A stretch of DNA of 32,000 bases, from NCBI GenBank assembly GCA_965227835.1, contig OZ245768.1:780001-812000 (forward strand), written 5' to 3'. The notes below the pieces were generated by a model. The model saw only the letters and a list, made by a program, of their open reading frames with translations, made no database searches and had not been told where the DNA came from. Made by a program: the position numbers and the translations under genes. The stretch comes from Candidatus Saccharimonadota bacterium (GTDB taxonomy: Bacteria > Patescibacteriota > Gracilibacteria > BD1-5 > UBA6164). The first letter of the stretch is position 1; each line of letters begins with the position of its first letter. This document shows, piece by piece, positions 8,400-18,495 of this stretch.

Positions 8400-8915
8400 T
8401 TATTCTATATAATAAGTAAAAAATTTATTATAAGTATCTTGTTTTAAAAATACTCCTCCATAATAAAAAATTTGATACCGAATAACCATAGGTTCAGTAG
8501 GTATTCTTATTATTCCAAACCAATTATAATGGTTTCCTTCATGAAGAACAAACTCTTTTCCAGTTAAATCAGATGAAGATTCTATTGTAGGTAAATTTTG
8601 AAAATCTTGTCCACATTCTTTAATTTCATATTCATGAAGAGAATAATTTGTAATATCTACAGTCAAAGTTCTGTTATTTATAATACAGAAAAAACCAGTA
8701 TCAATATCATAAAACTTATAAATAGTATCTGTCAGTGTCTGACCACAGGGAACTTCTATTTTAAGATCCCCTATATTATCTTGAAAAGGACAAGCATATA
8801 TAATTTTACTTATTTCACTAAATTCCTTTGCAGTAGTGCTACTTACTTCAGTAAACATTTCTGCATATGAGCCAAAAGAATATAAAAGTAAAACAATAGA
8901 AACAAGAATTTTCAT
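8400..8915 (-). CDS. Secreted four-cysteine protein, paralog 3
   Basis: Intact 171-aa ORF with no TGA. Signal peptide MKILVSIVLLLYSFGSYA/EM. It shares the four Cys positions and the motifs YDIDTGFFCII and IRYQIFYYG with paralogs 1 and 2. Confidence 0.8.
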   Translation of the reverse strand: MKILVSIVLLLYSFGSYAEMFTEVSSTTAKEFSEISKIIYACPFQDNIGDLKIEVPCGQTLTDTIYKFYDIDTGFFCIINNRTLTVDITNYSLHEYEIKECGQDFQNLPTIESSSDLTGKEFVLHEGNHYNWFGIIRIPTEPMVIRYQIFYYGGVFLKQDTYNKFFTYYIE

Positions 8916-8951
8916 TTTAAACTCCTTTTTTGAGAAAAATTTTTTATCACA

Positions 8952-9026
8952 CTTTTCAGATTGTAATCTGAAAAGTATAGTATTTATAATAATATAGAAC
9001 TGAAAGTCAAATTTAAATTTGACTTT
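8952..9026 (-). promoter_or_regulatory. Promoter, operator and 5'-UTR hairpin module of paralog 3
   Basis: Perfect 24-bp palindrome AAAGTCAAATTTAAATTTGACTTT (9003-9026) containing the -35 (9005-9010). The -10 is TATAAA (8983-8988). The UTR hairpin is cttttcagat-tgta-atctgaaaag (8952-8975). Confidence 0.65.
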
Positions 9027-9060
9027 ATGATTTTATTTTTATAATAAATATTAATTATTT

Positions 9061-10253
9061 TACCTGAATTAAACCCCGAAGTGCAATTTTTTAAATGAAC
9101 TTAAAGAAGAAAATATAGCATTAAGAAATTTTTTATTTTTGAGATTATAAAAAATTTTGTTATAATTCCAAATACAACATTAAGATTGTGAAAAGTGTGC
9201 TTGATTAGGGGAAATAAATCAAAGTATTTCTCTAGGAGTATTTGCTAATATATCGCAAATACTTTTTATTTTTTCATCACTTACATAATCAAATATAGTT
9301 CATTTAGGAAAAAATCTCCTGATAATCCTATTTAAATTCTCAATACTTCACTTCTGCCAAGAAGAATAAGGCTCACAAAAGTAAGTATCTATTCATATAT
9401 CATTTAATAAATAATGCTTAGCAAATTCCATTCAATTATCAAAAGTAACAGATTTAATTCATATATCATCTTTAACTCAAGCTATTAGATTAATTATATT
9501 TTCACTTGATTTATCTTTTATTTTAAAAATTTTAGGTAACCTAGTCTTTCTATCAACCAATGTAAGTATAGCTCATTTAAATCATTTTTTAGAAACAATT
9601 AAATCAGCTTCAATATGTCATTTTTCTTCTCTGTTATTTATTGTTTCAGGTCTATTTTTAATACTAACTCTATTTTTAATTTTCACTCTTTCTGTTTGTT
9701 GTTTTTTCTTTCTATAACCTTTATGTTTATATAATAATAGTTCTTTATATTTATTTCACATACCAGTTTCTAGCCAAGAATATATACTTGTATGGGAGAT
9801 ATGTTTCTTTTTATCTGTTTGAGTATTATTCCGTTTCTTAGCAATTGTTTTTGGGGACATTTGTATTTCTGTTATTGATAGTTGTTCTATTATGAAATTT
9901 TTCATATTAGTATTCATATTTATCTTCATTGATTGAGTTTTTGTTAACCATCGTCTTTGATATGATTTGATTTCTGCTTCTAGTGCTAAATATACTTTTT
10001 TATTGTTTCATCGTTTTTTTACTGAATTTCTGTATATCTCTCTGCTTATTGTTGATTCTGATCTTTTTAGTATTGATGCTATATCTTTTTTCTTTAATCA
10101 TTTATTTAAATGAAATTCAATACTTTCTCTCTCTTGGAATATTAATTGTCAGTACATATCTTATTATATTAGAAAATAATGTTATTACCCTACGGGGAAT
10201 ACTATATTTTCTTCTCTTTTAATTGCACTTCATTTCTTACTTTGGGTTAGGTA
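9061..10253 (-). mobile_element. IS30-family insertion sequence (about 1.19 kb) with imperfect terminal inverted repeats
   Basis: The left end tacctgaattaaaccccgaagtgcaatt (9061-9088) matches the reverse complement of the right end aattgcacttcatttcttactttgggttaggta (10221-10253). They share TACCT, AACCC and an exact GAAGTGCAATT core. The element encloses a DDE transposase gene. Confidence 0.75.
9180..10157 (-). CDS. IS30-family DDE transposase
   Basis: MYG(TGA)QLIFQERESIEFHLNKG(TGA)LKKKDIASILKRSESTISREIYRN...GHIEADLIV...LTLVDRKTRL...TFDNGMEFAKH...CEPYSSWQKGSIENLNRIIRRFFPKGT...ANTPREILGF. 325 aa, with about a dozen in-frame TGA. TAA at 9180-9182. Confidence 0.9.
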
Positions 10254-10264
10254 AATTATTTTTT

Positions 10265-11575
10265 ATGGAAAAATATAAATTAAGCATTGCATGAGGTTGA
10301 TCTGTTAAGAATTCTTCAATAACTCAAGCAAGAAAATCATTGGAGGAAAGTATAAGATCTGTAGACAAAACTACTCCCAGTATAGAAGAGTTGAGACAAG
10401 AACCTTTTAAAAAATGGAAAAGTTTTGTAAATTCATTAAAAAGTAATTGATTAAATAGAAACAAGAAGAATTTTTTAATTGTAGGTACTTGATGAACATT
10501 CCAGTCAAATCAAACAGAAAATTGAATAGCTCCTGATGGATGAACTTTGAAAGATTGTATAGATGCAATAAATATACCTTTAGAGGATTGAGTGAAAAAT
10601 ATACATATTCATGACCTGATAAATCTTGATTCTTCTCAAATGGAGCTTAACCATTGGAAATTTTTAGCTGAATGTTTAGATTATTTAGAAAAAGAAGCTT
10701 CTTGATATTATGATTGAATAATAGTAACACATGGTACAGATACTATGGCATATTGAGCATCTCTTATAACATATATGCTTTCTGGTTTCCCAAAACCAAT
10801 AATATTTACTTGAAGCCAAAAACCAGCAAGAATAGAATGAAGCGATGCAGGACCTCAGATGAATAGAGCAATAAAGTGACTACAATTATTATCTGCAAAT
10901 AATTGTCCATTAACAGTAATATGTTGTTGAGTAGCCGGTATAAATTCATTCTTCTCTAAAAAAGCATGAGATCATATAGAAAATGCTTTTCAATCATATG
11001 CAGATGATTATTTAACACCACCTGTTTTGGAATGAAGTTTATCTCAAGAAATTAATCAATACTATATTAGATATAGAAAAAATCATGCTAGTATGTATAA
11101 ACCATTTTTTGATTTAAAAGAGGATTGTTTTATATCTGAAATACCAAGTTTTGAAATATGAACAAATGAACTTATAAGTATAATTAGCAATACAAGGATA
11201 GGACTTATAAAAACTCTTTGAAGTGCTACTTGTAGAGATGATATAGCAAAGATTATAGTAGAAGCTACAGAAGCTTGAGTTTTATCACCAGTAATAGTAC
11301 CTCCTTTTGCAGATGCAACAATAGAACCTGGTACTTATGAAGCATGAGCTATATTATGAAAAACAATAGAAAGGGTACAATGAAGTATACCAAGTATAAT
11401 TATGAGTCCTGATGCAATAAGAGCAAAAATGATATTTGCTGCTAATTACACAAAAATTAATGAAAAAATTTACAAAAAAGAATTATTTGAGTGATACCAA
11501 ATAAGAAATTTTTTTAACTGTATATTATCAAATATAGCATCACAACCTGAATTTCCTTTTGGAAGAGATAAGTAG
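10265..11575 (+). CDS. L-asparaginase / glutaminase family protein (type I-like) with an N-terminal extension of about 70 aa
   Basis: FLIVGTGGTF carries the two Gly of TGGT as TGA TGA. Also present are IIVTHGTDTMAYGAS and FTGSQKP. 436 aa; TAG at 11573-11575. The ATG is only 12 nt from the right end of the IS30 element. Confidence 0.75.
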
Positions 11576-11603
11576 TAAAGATAGATAACTTTTACCAAAA
11601 AAT

Positions 11604-11630
11604 AAAAACAATACCAAAGGTATTGTTTTT
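11604..11630. terminator. Bidirectional intrinsic terminator (aaaaacaatacc-aaa-ggtattgttttt)
   Basis: A perfect 12-bp stem between the convergent asparaginase (+) and the PiT transporter (-). Confidence 0.7.
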
Positions 11631-11671
11631 TAATTATTTTTATTTAATAGTATATTATAAAAACTAAAAAT

Positions 11672-13111
11672 TTATCAAAAAAACCTAGAAAGGTATAATA
11701 TTACCAAGTAAGTTATAGAAGCTATAATTCAAGCAACTGGTAAAGTTACGACCCAAGAAAGTAAAATTCATTTTAGTTTTGATTTTTCTATAACTGATTT
11801 ATTTTTCCCTTCGTTTAATGTTAAATGCTGTCTATAAAGACCTATACCAAAAACTCAACCCAAAGCTATTTGAGTAGTGGAAACAGGCATTCACATAGCA
11901 GAAGCTATTATTACAGTTATAGCTGCTGATAAAGCTATACAATATGCCCTTATTTGATTAAGTTTTGTAATTTCATTTCAAACTGTTTTTATTAATCTAG
12001 ATCAAAAAACAGCCAATCATAAAGAAAGAAATAAAGCTCCCAGAATCATTATCCAAGAAGCTATTCAAACTTTTGAAGAAGTATCCATAATATCAATTCA
12101 TGAATTTTTCACAGAATCATAGACAGCTGCCAAAGGTCAAATAGCATTTGCTACATCATTTGAACCATGAGCAAAACTCAAAAGTGCTACAGCAAAAATT
12201 AGAGGTAAGTTAAATAATTTGTTGATAAACTTCTTTTTATCTTTGAAAAAAGAACTTTTTTGTTTTTTGAAATGGACTATAAGTAGTGCATAAGATAAAA
12301 ATCAAATCACACAAGAAACAAAAATGGCAGTGGTAGTAAAATCAAATCAATATGTATTTAAAAAATCCCTAGCAAAACCAAGTTTGTTTTTAAATCATTT
12401 AAGTATTAAATAAAGAGAAAAAACACAAATCATTATAGAAACATAGATAGGGACCCAAAGTTTTGCTGCTTCTCACCTATCCTGCTGATTTAATATATTT
12501 CTTCTAATAGATATAAATATAGCTATTGAGATAAAAGCTCCCATAAAAATAGCTACAATCCAAGCTAAAGCAACTTTTGAAACCATTCCCCAGTTTACTA
12601 TTGAGAGTCAGCTTGATGTAATTCAAGCTCATATCAAACCTCAAAATATAGCATGAGTAATAGAAACTGGAGCTTTAAAAAAAGTAGCTGTATTTACCCA
12701 GATAGCTGCTCAAAGTAAAGTAGCAAGCATTATAGCTATAAATTCTATTGAAGTTTTATCTATCATATTGGGATCAATTATTCAACCTTTTATGGTATCA
12801 ACTACATCTCATCAAGCTATAAGAGCTCAAGCAGCTTCAAAAATCATTGCTATTGTGATAGCTCATCAAAGAGTTAAAGCTTTGGCTCAAACTGCTGGTC
12901 ACATATTGTTTGCCACATCATTGGCTCATAGATTTATGGCCATATAAATAGCAAAAATTGTAGCAAGCATTAAATAAATATGAAGATTCTCATCTATACT
13001 TGGAAGTTCGAAGAAATAAACATATCCTATAAAAAATATACATGCCACAGCAAGAAGCACATATTTTAAATTTGAGATATATTCATTTTTTATATTTAAA
13101 GTTATTTTCAT
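11672..13111 (-). CDS. Inorganic phosphate transporter, PiT (PHO4) family
   Basis: It has two copies of the family signature: G(TGA)ANDVANNMG(TGA)PAVG and HGSNDVANAIG(TGA)PL. It is polytopic and hydrophobic, 479 aa. I read the frame through with no TAA or TAG. TAA at 11672-11674. Confidence 0.88.
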
Positions 13112-13467
13112 TTTTTGTATTTAGAATTTAAAGAAAAACTGAAGGGTCTGTAGCAAAATTAAAATTTATGAAAAAATAATCTTTTTTGCTAATTTTCACC
13201 AGAAAAATTTTTGTTTTTTAAAACTAAGAAAATAATACCATTTTTTTTTATGAAGTTAAAGAAAATCAAATTTACAACAAAAAAACTTATTGATAAAAAT
13301 AAATAATTTCTGAAATAAGTGTTAAATATAAAATATACTTTGAAAGAAAAATTTGGGTATCAAAAAAGAGTAAAATTCATTATATTATATTTTACTCTGT
13401 AATAATATTCTCTGTTCTTATATAAAGGTAAAAAATAAACTCTATAAAGTTCCCTATATGCTCTACT

Positions 13468-13550
13468 CCCCTCTCCTACCAAAAGGAGAGGGGCTGGTGG
13501 TGAGGTTTATAAGGAAATGGCTCTCAAGTGAGGTTTATAGGGAAAGGGTG
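13468..13550. repeat. GC-rich REP-like element: one hairpin plus two direct repeats
   Basis: Hairpin cccctctcc-taccaaaa-ggagagggg (13468-13493), followed by gtgaggtttata[a/g]gga(a)a[t/g]gg at 13500-13520 and 13528-13550. It is a sharp GC-rich island in AT-rich intergenic DNA. Confidence 0.6.
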
Positions 13551-13596
13551 GGATTAAGATGGCTAAAAAAGAGAATAAATATATTTCTCAATTATT

Positions 13597-14334
13597 CTAT
13601 TTTTTAAAACTTTCAAGTATTTCTTTTGCTATATCTTTTCATCAAAGACCAAAGGCTAAACCTCAAGCAATAGTAAGCATTGCTATAAATCAAGTTAAAA
13701 TAGTATCTATTATAGTTTGATCAACAAGCTTAGTATAGTTTAAAACAACTATAAGTGTGAAAAAAAGTATTATAACCTTAGCTCAAACAGCAAGTACTTT
13801 GGATAAAGATTCTTGTTTAGCTATATTCATAGAATGATATATTATATCATGTATAAAATTGGCAAACCTAATACCAAAAAATAAAACTATTATTCATATA
13901 AAAAGACTTGGTAGATAATTAAGTAAATCATCCAAAAAAGTCTCAACTTCATTTGTAAATTTAGTAACTGACCACCTAAAAAAAAGTAGGAATACATAAT
14001 AAGAAAAAGCCTTTCCTACGACTTGATCTATCTTTATTTTTTTACCAAAAACTTCACTAAATTTCTTTTTTGTTTTTTTGTTTTTTACATTTTGTTTGCT
14101 TGAATCATCTGTTTCAAACTCTATACTGAATTTATCAATAAGTTCCATTATTTTGAATTTTTTGAATAAAAATACAACAAACCTATAGATAAAAAGAGAT
14201 ATAATAAATCAAATAATAAGTATTATAATCGACCAAAATATATCTGGTCATTTTTCAATCAGAAAATCTTGCATACCTCAAAAAATTTGATCTTTTATCT
14301 TTAAACTGTTTTCTTTTACATTTAATTCTATCAT
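13597..14334 (-). CDS. Small multi-pass membrane protein resembling 'conserved TM helix' / MscS-associated proteins
   Basis: MIELNVKENSLKIKDQIFGG...; 245 aa. The C-terminal ...FIAMLTIAGGLAFGLGGKDIAKEILESFKK resembles the TM_helix repeat signature. TAG at 13597-13599. The start overlaps the ruvX stop by 1 nt. Confidence 0.45.
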
Positions 14335-14756
14335 TATTTCATATTATTAGATAAATAAGTTTCCAAAATAAGAGCAGCCGAAATAGCATCTTTTGGGAGA
14401 GGTTTATATTTTTTTCAAAAAGCAGATAAGATATTTTCAGCTTCAAAACTAGTAAACCTTTCATCAACTCCTATAATTTGGATTTTATTCTCTAGTTTTG
14501 ATTTTTTTCAAAATTTATTTTCAAGTTCTCTTTTAAACTCATTTGTTTTATTAAGCTGTATCTTATCTTTTCAATATAGATCATAAGGCAGTCATAATAT
14601 TATTTTGTCTATATCTATATGTTTTTGAAAATATTTTTGAAGTATTTCTATGATTTTTGTTCTTAAAACTACCTCTTTAGGGATAGCTACACCTTGAATT
14701 TCAAGAGCTATTCAACATTTTTTATCTCAATAATCTATTGCTATTGCTCTAGTCAT
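14334..14756 (-). CDS. ruvX: Holliday-junction-resolvase-like pre-16S rRNA nuclease YqgF/RuvX
   Basis: [10 protein letters not shown](TGA)DKKCG(TGA)IAL...ILG(TGA)LPYDLYG(TGA)K...IIGVDERFTSFEAE...AISAALILETYL; 140 aa. Confidence 0.85.
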
Positions 14757-15204
14757 TTTTTCTTTCTACAATTACAAACATTTTCGACATTGCATCTTTA
14801 CCAAGTTTCACAAAAAATTGACTCTCTCAGAGTTTTTTAATATGTCATCATGGTAGATCAATATTGCTTTTGGTTAAATCTAGCTTAAATAGTTTTTTTA
14901 TTTCTCCCAGTATATCTTTTTCTCATATTCATCAATAAACTTTTCAAGAGGAATCAGCTTTTAGCTTGAAATTTAGCTTTTGATTATTTAATTTTTCTGC
15001 TATACAGTGTCTATTTTCAAGTAGTTCCCTTCTATGATTTTCATTTCTTTTATTTTTTTCTATCATTTCTTCTTCTACTTTATCTGTGAGTTTAACTGCT
15101 AGGTTTTTAGGAAAGAGCATATTTTGTGCATAACCTGGTTTTACTTCTTTTATTTCACCTTTTTTTGCAACATGTAAAACATTTTCTAAAAAAAGTACTT
15201 TCAT
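14749..15204 (-). CDS. rplI: 50S ribosomal protein bL9
   Basis: [40 protein letters not shown]... continues through TGA codons to TAG 14749-14751, overlapping the ruvX start by 8 nt. Confidence 0.9.
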
Positions 15205-15470
15205 TTTTTTGATTAATTTTGTAAATTAAAAATATTATATTTATATAAAGATATAGTTCAATATGTTTTTAAGGAAAGGCTGAAGAATTCCTTAATTATA
15301 ATAAATAGCTTTTTATTGACATATAAATAAAAACATTTAATATATCTTAGTAAATTTGATAAACACAAAATTAAAAAATTATGATACAGGTAAATATTCA
15401 AGAAAATAATTACAATTTTTCTCAAGTAAAATATATAGTATATCAACTTTGAGAGTTGATAATAGATAAT

Positions 15471-16175
15471 ATGTTTAGTAATTTGAAAGTTCAAGAAAAA
15501 CCTTGAAAGGAAATTGTAACATGGTTAGATAAGGAAGTTGAGAAAGAAGCAAAAAAACTAATTAAAAGACATTACTGAAATGTGAATTTCGTGTGAGAAG
15601 AATTTTGAGAGGAAAATAATTGAAGTGAGATAACTTTTATAATAGATCCCATTGATTGAACAGAAAGTTTTGTAGATAGATCTTTTAACACAAGTATAAG
15701 TATTTGAATTTTGATATGATGAGTTATGGAGTATTGAATTGTTTATGATTTTATGAAAGGTTTTTTATATGAGTGAAAAACTAATCCATGCATATATTTT
15801 AGAAACAAAAAAGTACCTTTTTTAAGAGAGAATTATTCTGAAAAAACTAGAGTTTTAATAAGTGGTGGATGAGAAGAAATTGATGAATTACAGTATAAAA
15901 TTGGTAATAATAATGATTTAAAAGTTATAAGAAGATATTGATCTATAGCTTTACAATTAGTTGAAACATGAGCTTGAAATTATGATTCTTTTATAAGGGT
16001 TTGAAAAGTAGGATCTCGGGATATTGCTTGAGCAATGCCTTTTATAAAAGGGTTAGAAGATATAGTCATATTATCAAGAAAATGAGAAGAGTTTGATTTT
16101 AAAAACCCTGAAGATTGATTTATAGTGGTGAAAAAAACATTAAGAAAAGAAATTTTAAATACACTAGATTTATAA
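15471..16175 (+). CDS. Inositol monophosphatase family protein
   Basis: VG(TGA)EEFG(TGA)EE...ITFIIDPIDG(TGA)TESFV is the metal-binding motif, and ...SRDIAGAMPFIKG is the WD-x-AAG-like motif. 234 aa; TAA at 16173-16175. Confidence 0.8.
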
Positions 16176-16245
16176 TTTATTGGAAAATAGGAAACTCCTA
16201 AAAATTAAGGTTTTGCAGAAAAAACAGTATTTTTACTTCCTTCAA

Positions 16246-16266
16246 CAAAGAGGCTTTAGCTCTTTG
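16246..16266. repeat. Short palindromic hairpin repeat (caaagag-gctttag-ctctttg), the same family as the cluster at 19256-19395
   Basis: A 7-bp stem. The same stem sequence recurs four more times about 3 kb away. Confidence 0.6.
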
Positions 16267-16357
16267 CCATTGTAAATTAGTTTATTCTATAAAAAACTTA
16301 CACCTAGTAAAAAATAATCTTGCTTTCTATTTTCATATGAAAATTCAGACAATAAAA

Positions 16358-16380
16358 AAAGAAATGCGAAGCATTTCTTT
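16358..16380. terminator. Bidirectional intrinsic terminator (aaagaaatgc-gaa-gcatttcttt)
   Basis: Immediately 3' of the nusA stop (minus strand) and downstream of the IMPase gene (plus strand). Confidence 0.7.
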
Positions 16381-16381
16381 T

Positions 16382-17476
16382 TTATTCACTTTGTTCATTT
16401 TCATCATCAGAATTTGAATCTTCTTCTTCTTTATTCTCTTCTATAGATATTTTATAACCCGTAAGTTCACTTGCCAAATTTACATTTAATCATCATTTTC
16501 CCACTGCTTTAGCTCTTTCTCAAAAAGGAATATAAGCAACAACACTATCTTCTTCTGTTCAAGGAACAACTGCCAATACTTTTGCAGGAGATAAGGCTTT
16601 TTTTATAACTTCTTCAGCATTATCTATATTTGGTATTATATCTATTTTTTCACCAAAAAGCTCATCCATAACTTGCTTTACTCTAATTCATTTTTGACCT
16701 ATAAGAGTACCTACTGGATCTATTTCAGGAAAATTAGAGGAAACAAGCATTTTAGTTTTCACTCAAGCTTGTCTAACAACCTTATCTATTGAAACAACTC
16801 ATTCTTCTATTTCAGGGACAAATTCTTTAAAAATTTCAGCAACAAGTTCAGGTCTTTTTCTAGAAAGAGTAACCCTAGGAGCTCTTCCCTCTTCTTTCAT
16901 AACATCTGCGATTAAAACATACATTCTAGATCAAGGGGAATAATTATCTCTAGCAACCTGTTCAGCTTTTGGGAGAGGGATTTTATTATCTTTATGTTCA
17001 AAAACTACCTTTAATCAATCAGCCATATCTATTTTCATAGGTATTATTTGTCATTTGGAGTCTTTGAATATATCATATATCTTTTCTTTTTCGGTTTCTC
17101 AAATCTTTTGGATAATTACTTGTCTAGCAGCTTGAGATGCTATCCTTCAAAAGCTTTCAGCATTTTGTTCGTTTATAACATCATCAGTAACATCTATTTC
17201 TACTAAATCACCTTCTTCAAATCAATCAACTTCATCTATAGATATTTCTAGATAAGGATTTATAACTTCTTTTACAACTGTTTTTTCAAGATTTATTTCT
17301 ATAGATTCATTTTTTAAATCTAATTTTACATTTACTTCTTCATCTTTATTTCAGTAATCTTTTTTATAAGCTGTTTTTAAAGCAGCCTCTATTATTTCTA
17401 CCAATTTTTCTTTTGCTATTTTTTTCTCTGCACTAATCATAGAGATAGCAGTATCTATTTTTTTTATATCCAACAT
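16382..17476 (-). CDS. nusA: Transcription termination/antitermination factor NusA
   Basis: ...FG(TGA)RIASQAARQVIIQKIG.. ; S1 region PLPKAEQVARDNYSPG.RMYVLI ; RAPRVTLSRKRPELVAEIFKEFVPEIEEG(TGA)VV ; KH region IDPVGTLIGQKG(TGA)IRVKQVMDELFGEKIDII ; AVGKGGLNVNLASELTGYKISI. 364 aa. Confidence 0.92.
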
Positions 17477-17606
17477 AATACTTATTATTTAAATTTTAAA
17501 ACAATTCTTTAAAAGAAAATGAGAACCCGGGAATCCCCAAACTCTCATTTTTCTTGCACACGGAAGCATTTTAAATTTTTTTGATATAAATGCAAATTTT
17601 TGTGAT

Positions 17607-18296
17607 TTAAAGACCTTTATATTTAAATTTAGCAAATTTTTGTGAAAAAGAAGATTTTTCCTCAATTCTTTTTTCACTTATAGATTCAAGTCTTTCTAGA
17701 TATTTATTTTTTAGAACAAGTTCACTACTTGGTAGTTTTTCAATTAAATGTAAAATTTGGCTAGATAAAAATTGAAATCTACTTTCAGGTTCTGAAATTT
17801 CAGTGTTATCTAATATATCAAGTAAATTTTCAATTTTTCTACAAAGTACCTTTTGATACAACTCATAAATTGATTCTTTGAGTTTTCATAAAAAATCTTT
17901 TTCTTCTGCCCTTTCTATTAAGTCCCTTAAGTATTCATGAGAAATATTTTCTATAGAATCTTCATAGCTAAATAATACTCAGTGTAGCTCTTGAAAAAGT
18001 ATTTTTTCATATAAATCAGGAATTTGTTTTTTAATACTAGAAACTCCAACACCCTGTCTTTCTGCAATTTCACAATCTTCTTTAAATTTTTTATAATAAA
18101 AAGGAGAATAATTATTGTCTACTACTTTACATAATGATTCTTGAACTCTTTGATAAATTTTTTCTTTTTCAGAATCTGATGGAACTACAGTATGCACTGA
18201 GTATTTGGCTGCTATAATAGCTCTTTCAGCTCATGAATCTTTTTTTCCTTTTTTAGGATCAATTTCTAGTTTACCAGTATCGATACTTGTTGTCAT
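17607..18296 (-). CDS. Hypothetical protein (229 aa), helical and acidic. It occupies the position upstream of nusA where rimP is usual.
   Basis: Joining track ORFs 17979-18197 and 17607-17861 (same frame) through TGA codons gives one ORF from ATG 18296 to TAA 17607-17609. I recognise no family. A hairpin at 17516-17551 separates it from nusA. Confidence 0.55.
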
Positions 18297-18495
18297 ATAT
18301 ATTTAAATTAAAAAAGTAAAACTTTATTGCTTTTAAAATAATTTGTAGTAAAATTACAATAATTTATTTGGTTTTGTCAAATACAAATTACCGATTAAAA
18401 CAAAAAGTAAGAATATTTAAAAAAACAGTTTTTAAAAAAATTGATTAAATAAATTTTTTGAATATAAAAATAAATATTATTTTTAAGAAAAAATT

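Noticed and set aside
10265-11575. Calling the asparaginase-family gene GatD (the archaeal-type Glu-tRNA(Gln) amidotransferase subunit) because of its N-terminal extension
   Set aside because: No gatE-like partner is present, and the roughly 70-aa extension shows no feature I can tie to the GatD N-domain. Only the generic asparaginase/glutaminase motifs are supported.
13458-13607. A 49-codon ORF reading MLYSPLLPKGEGLVVRFIRKWLSSEVYRERVGLRW...
   Set aside because: It is encoded by the GC-rich hairpin and direct-repeat element and has no Shine-Dalgarno site. The peptide is the typical artefactual reading of REP-like repeats, and its 3' end overlaps the convergent membrane-protein gene.
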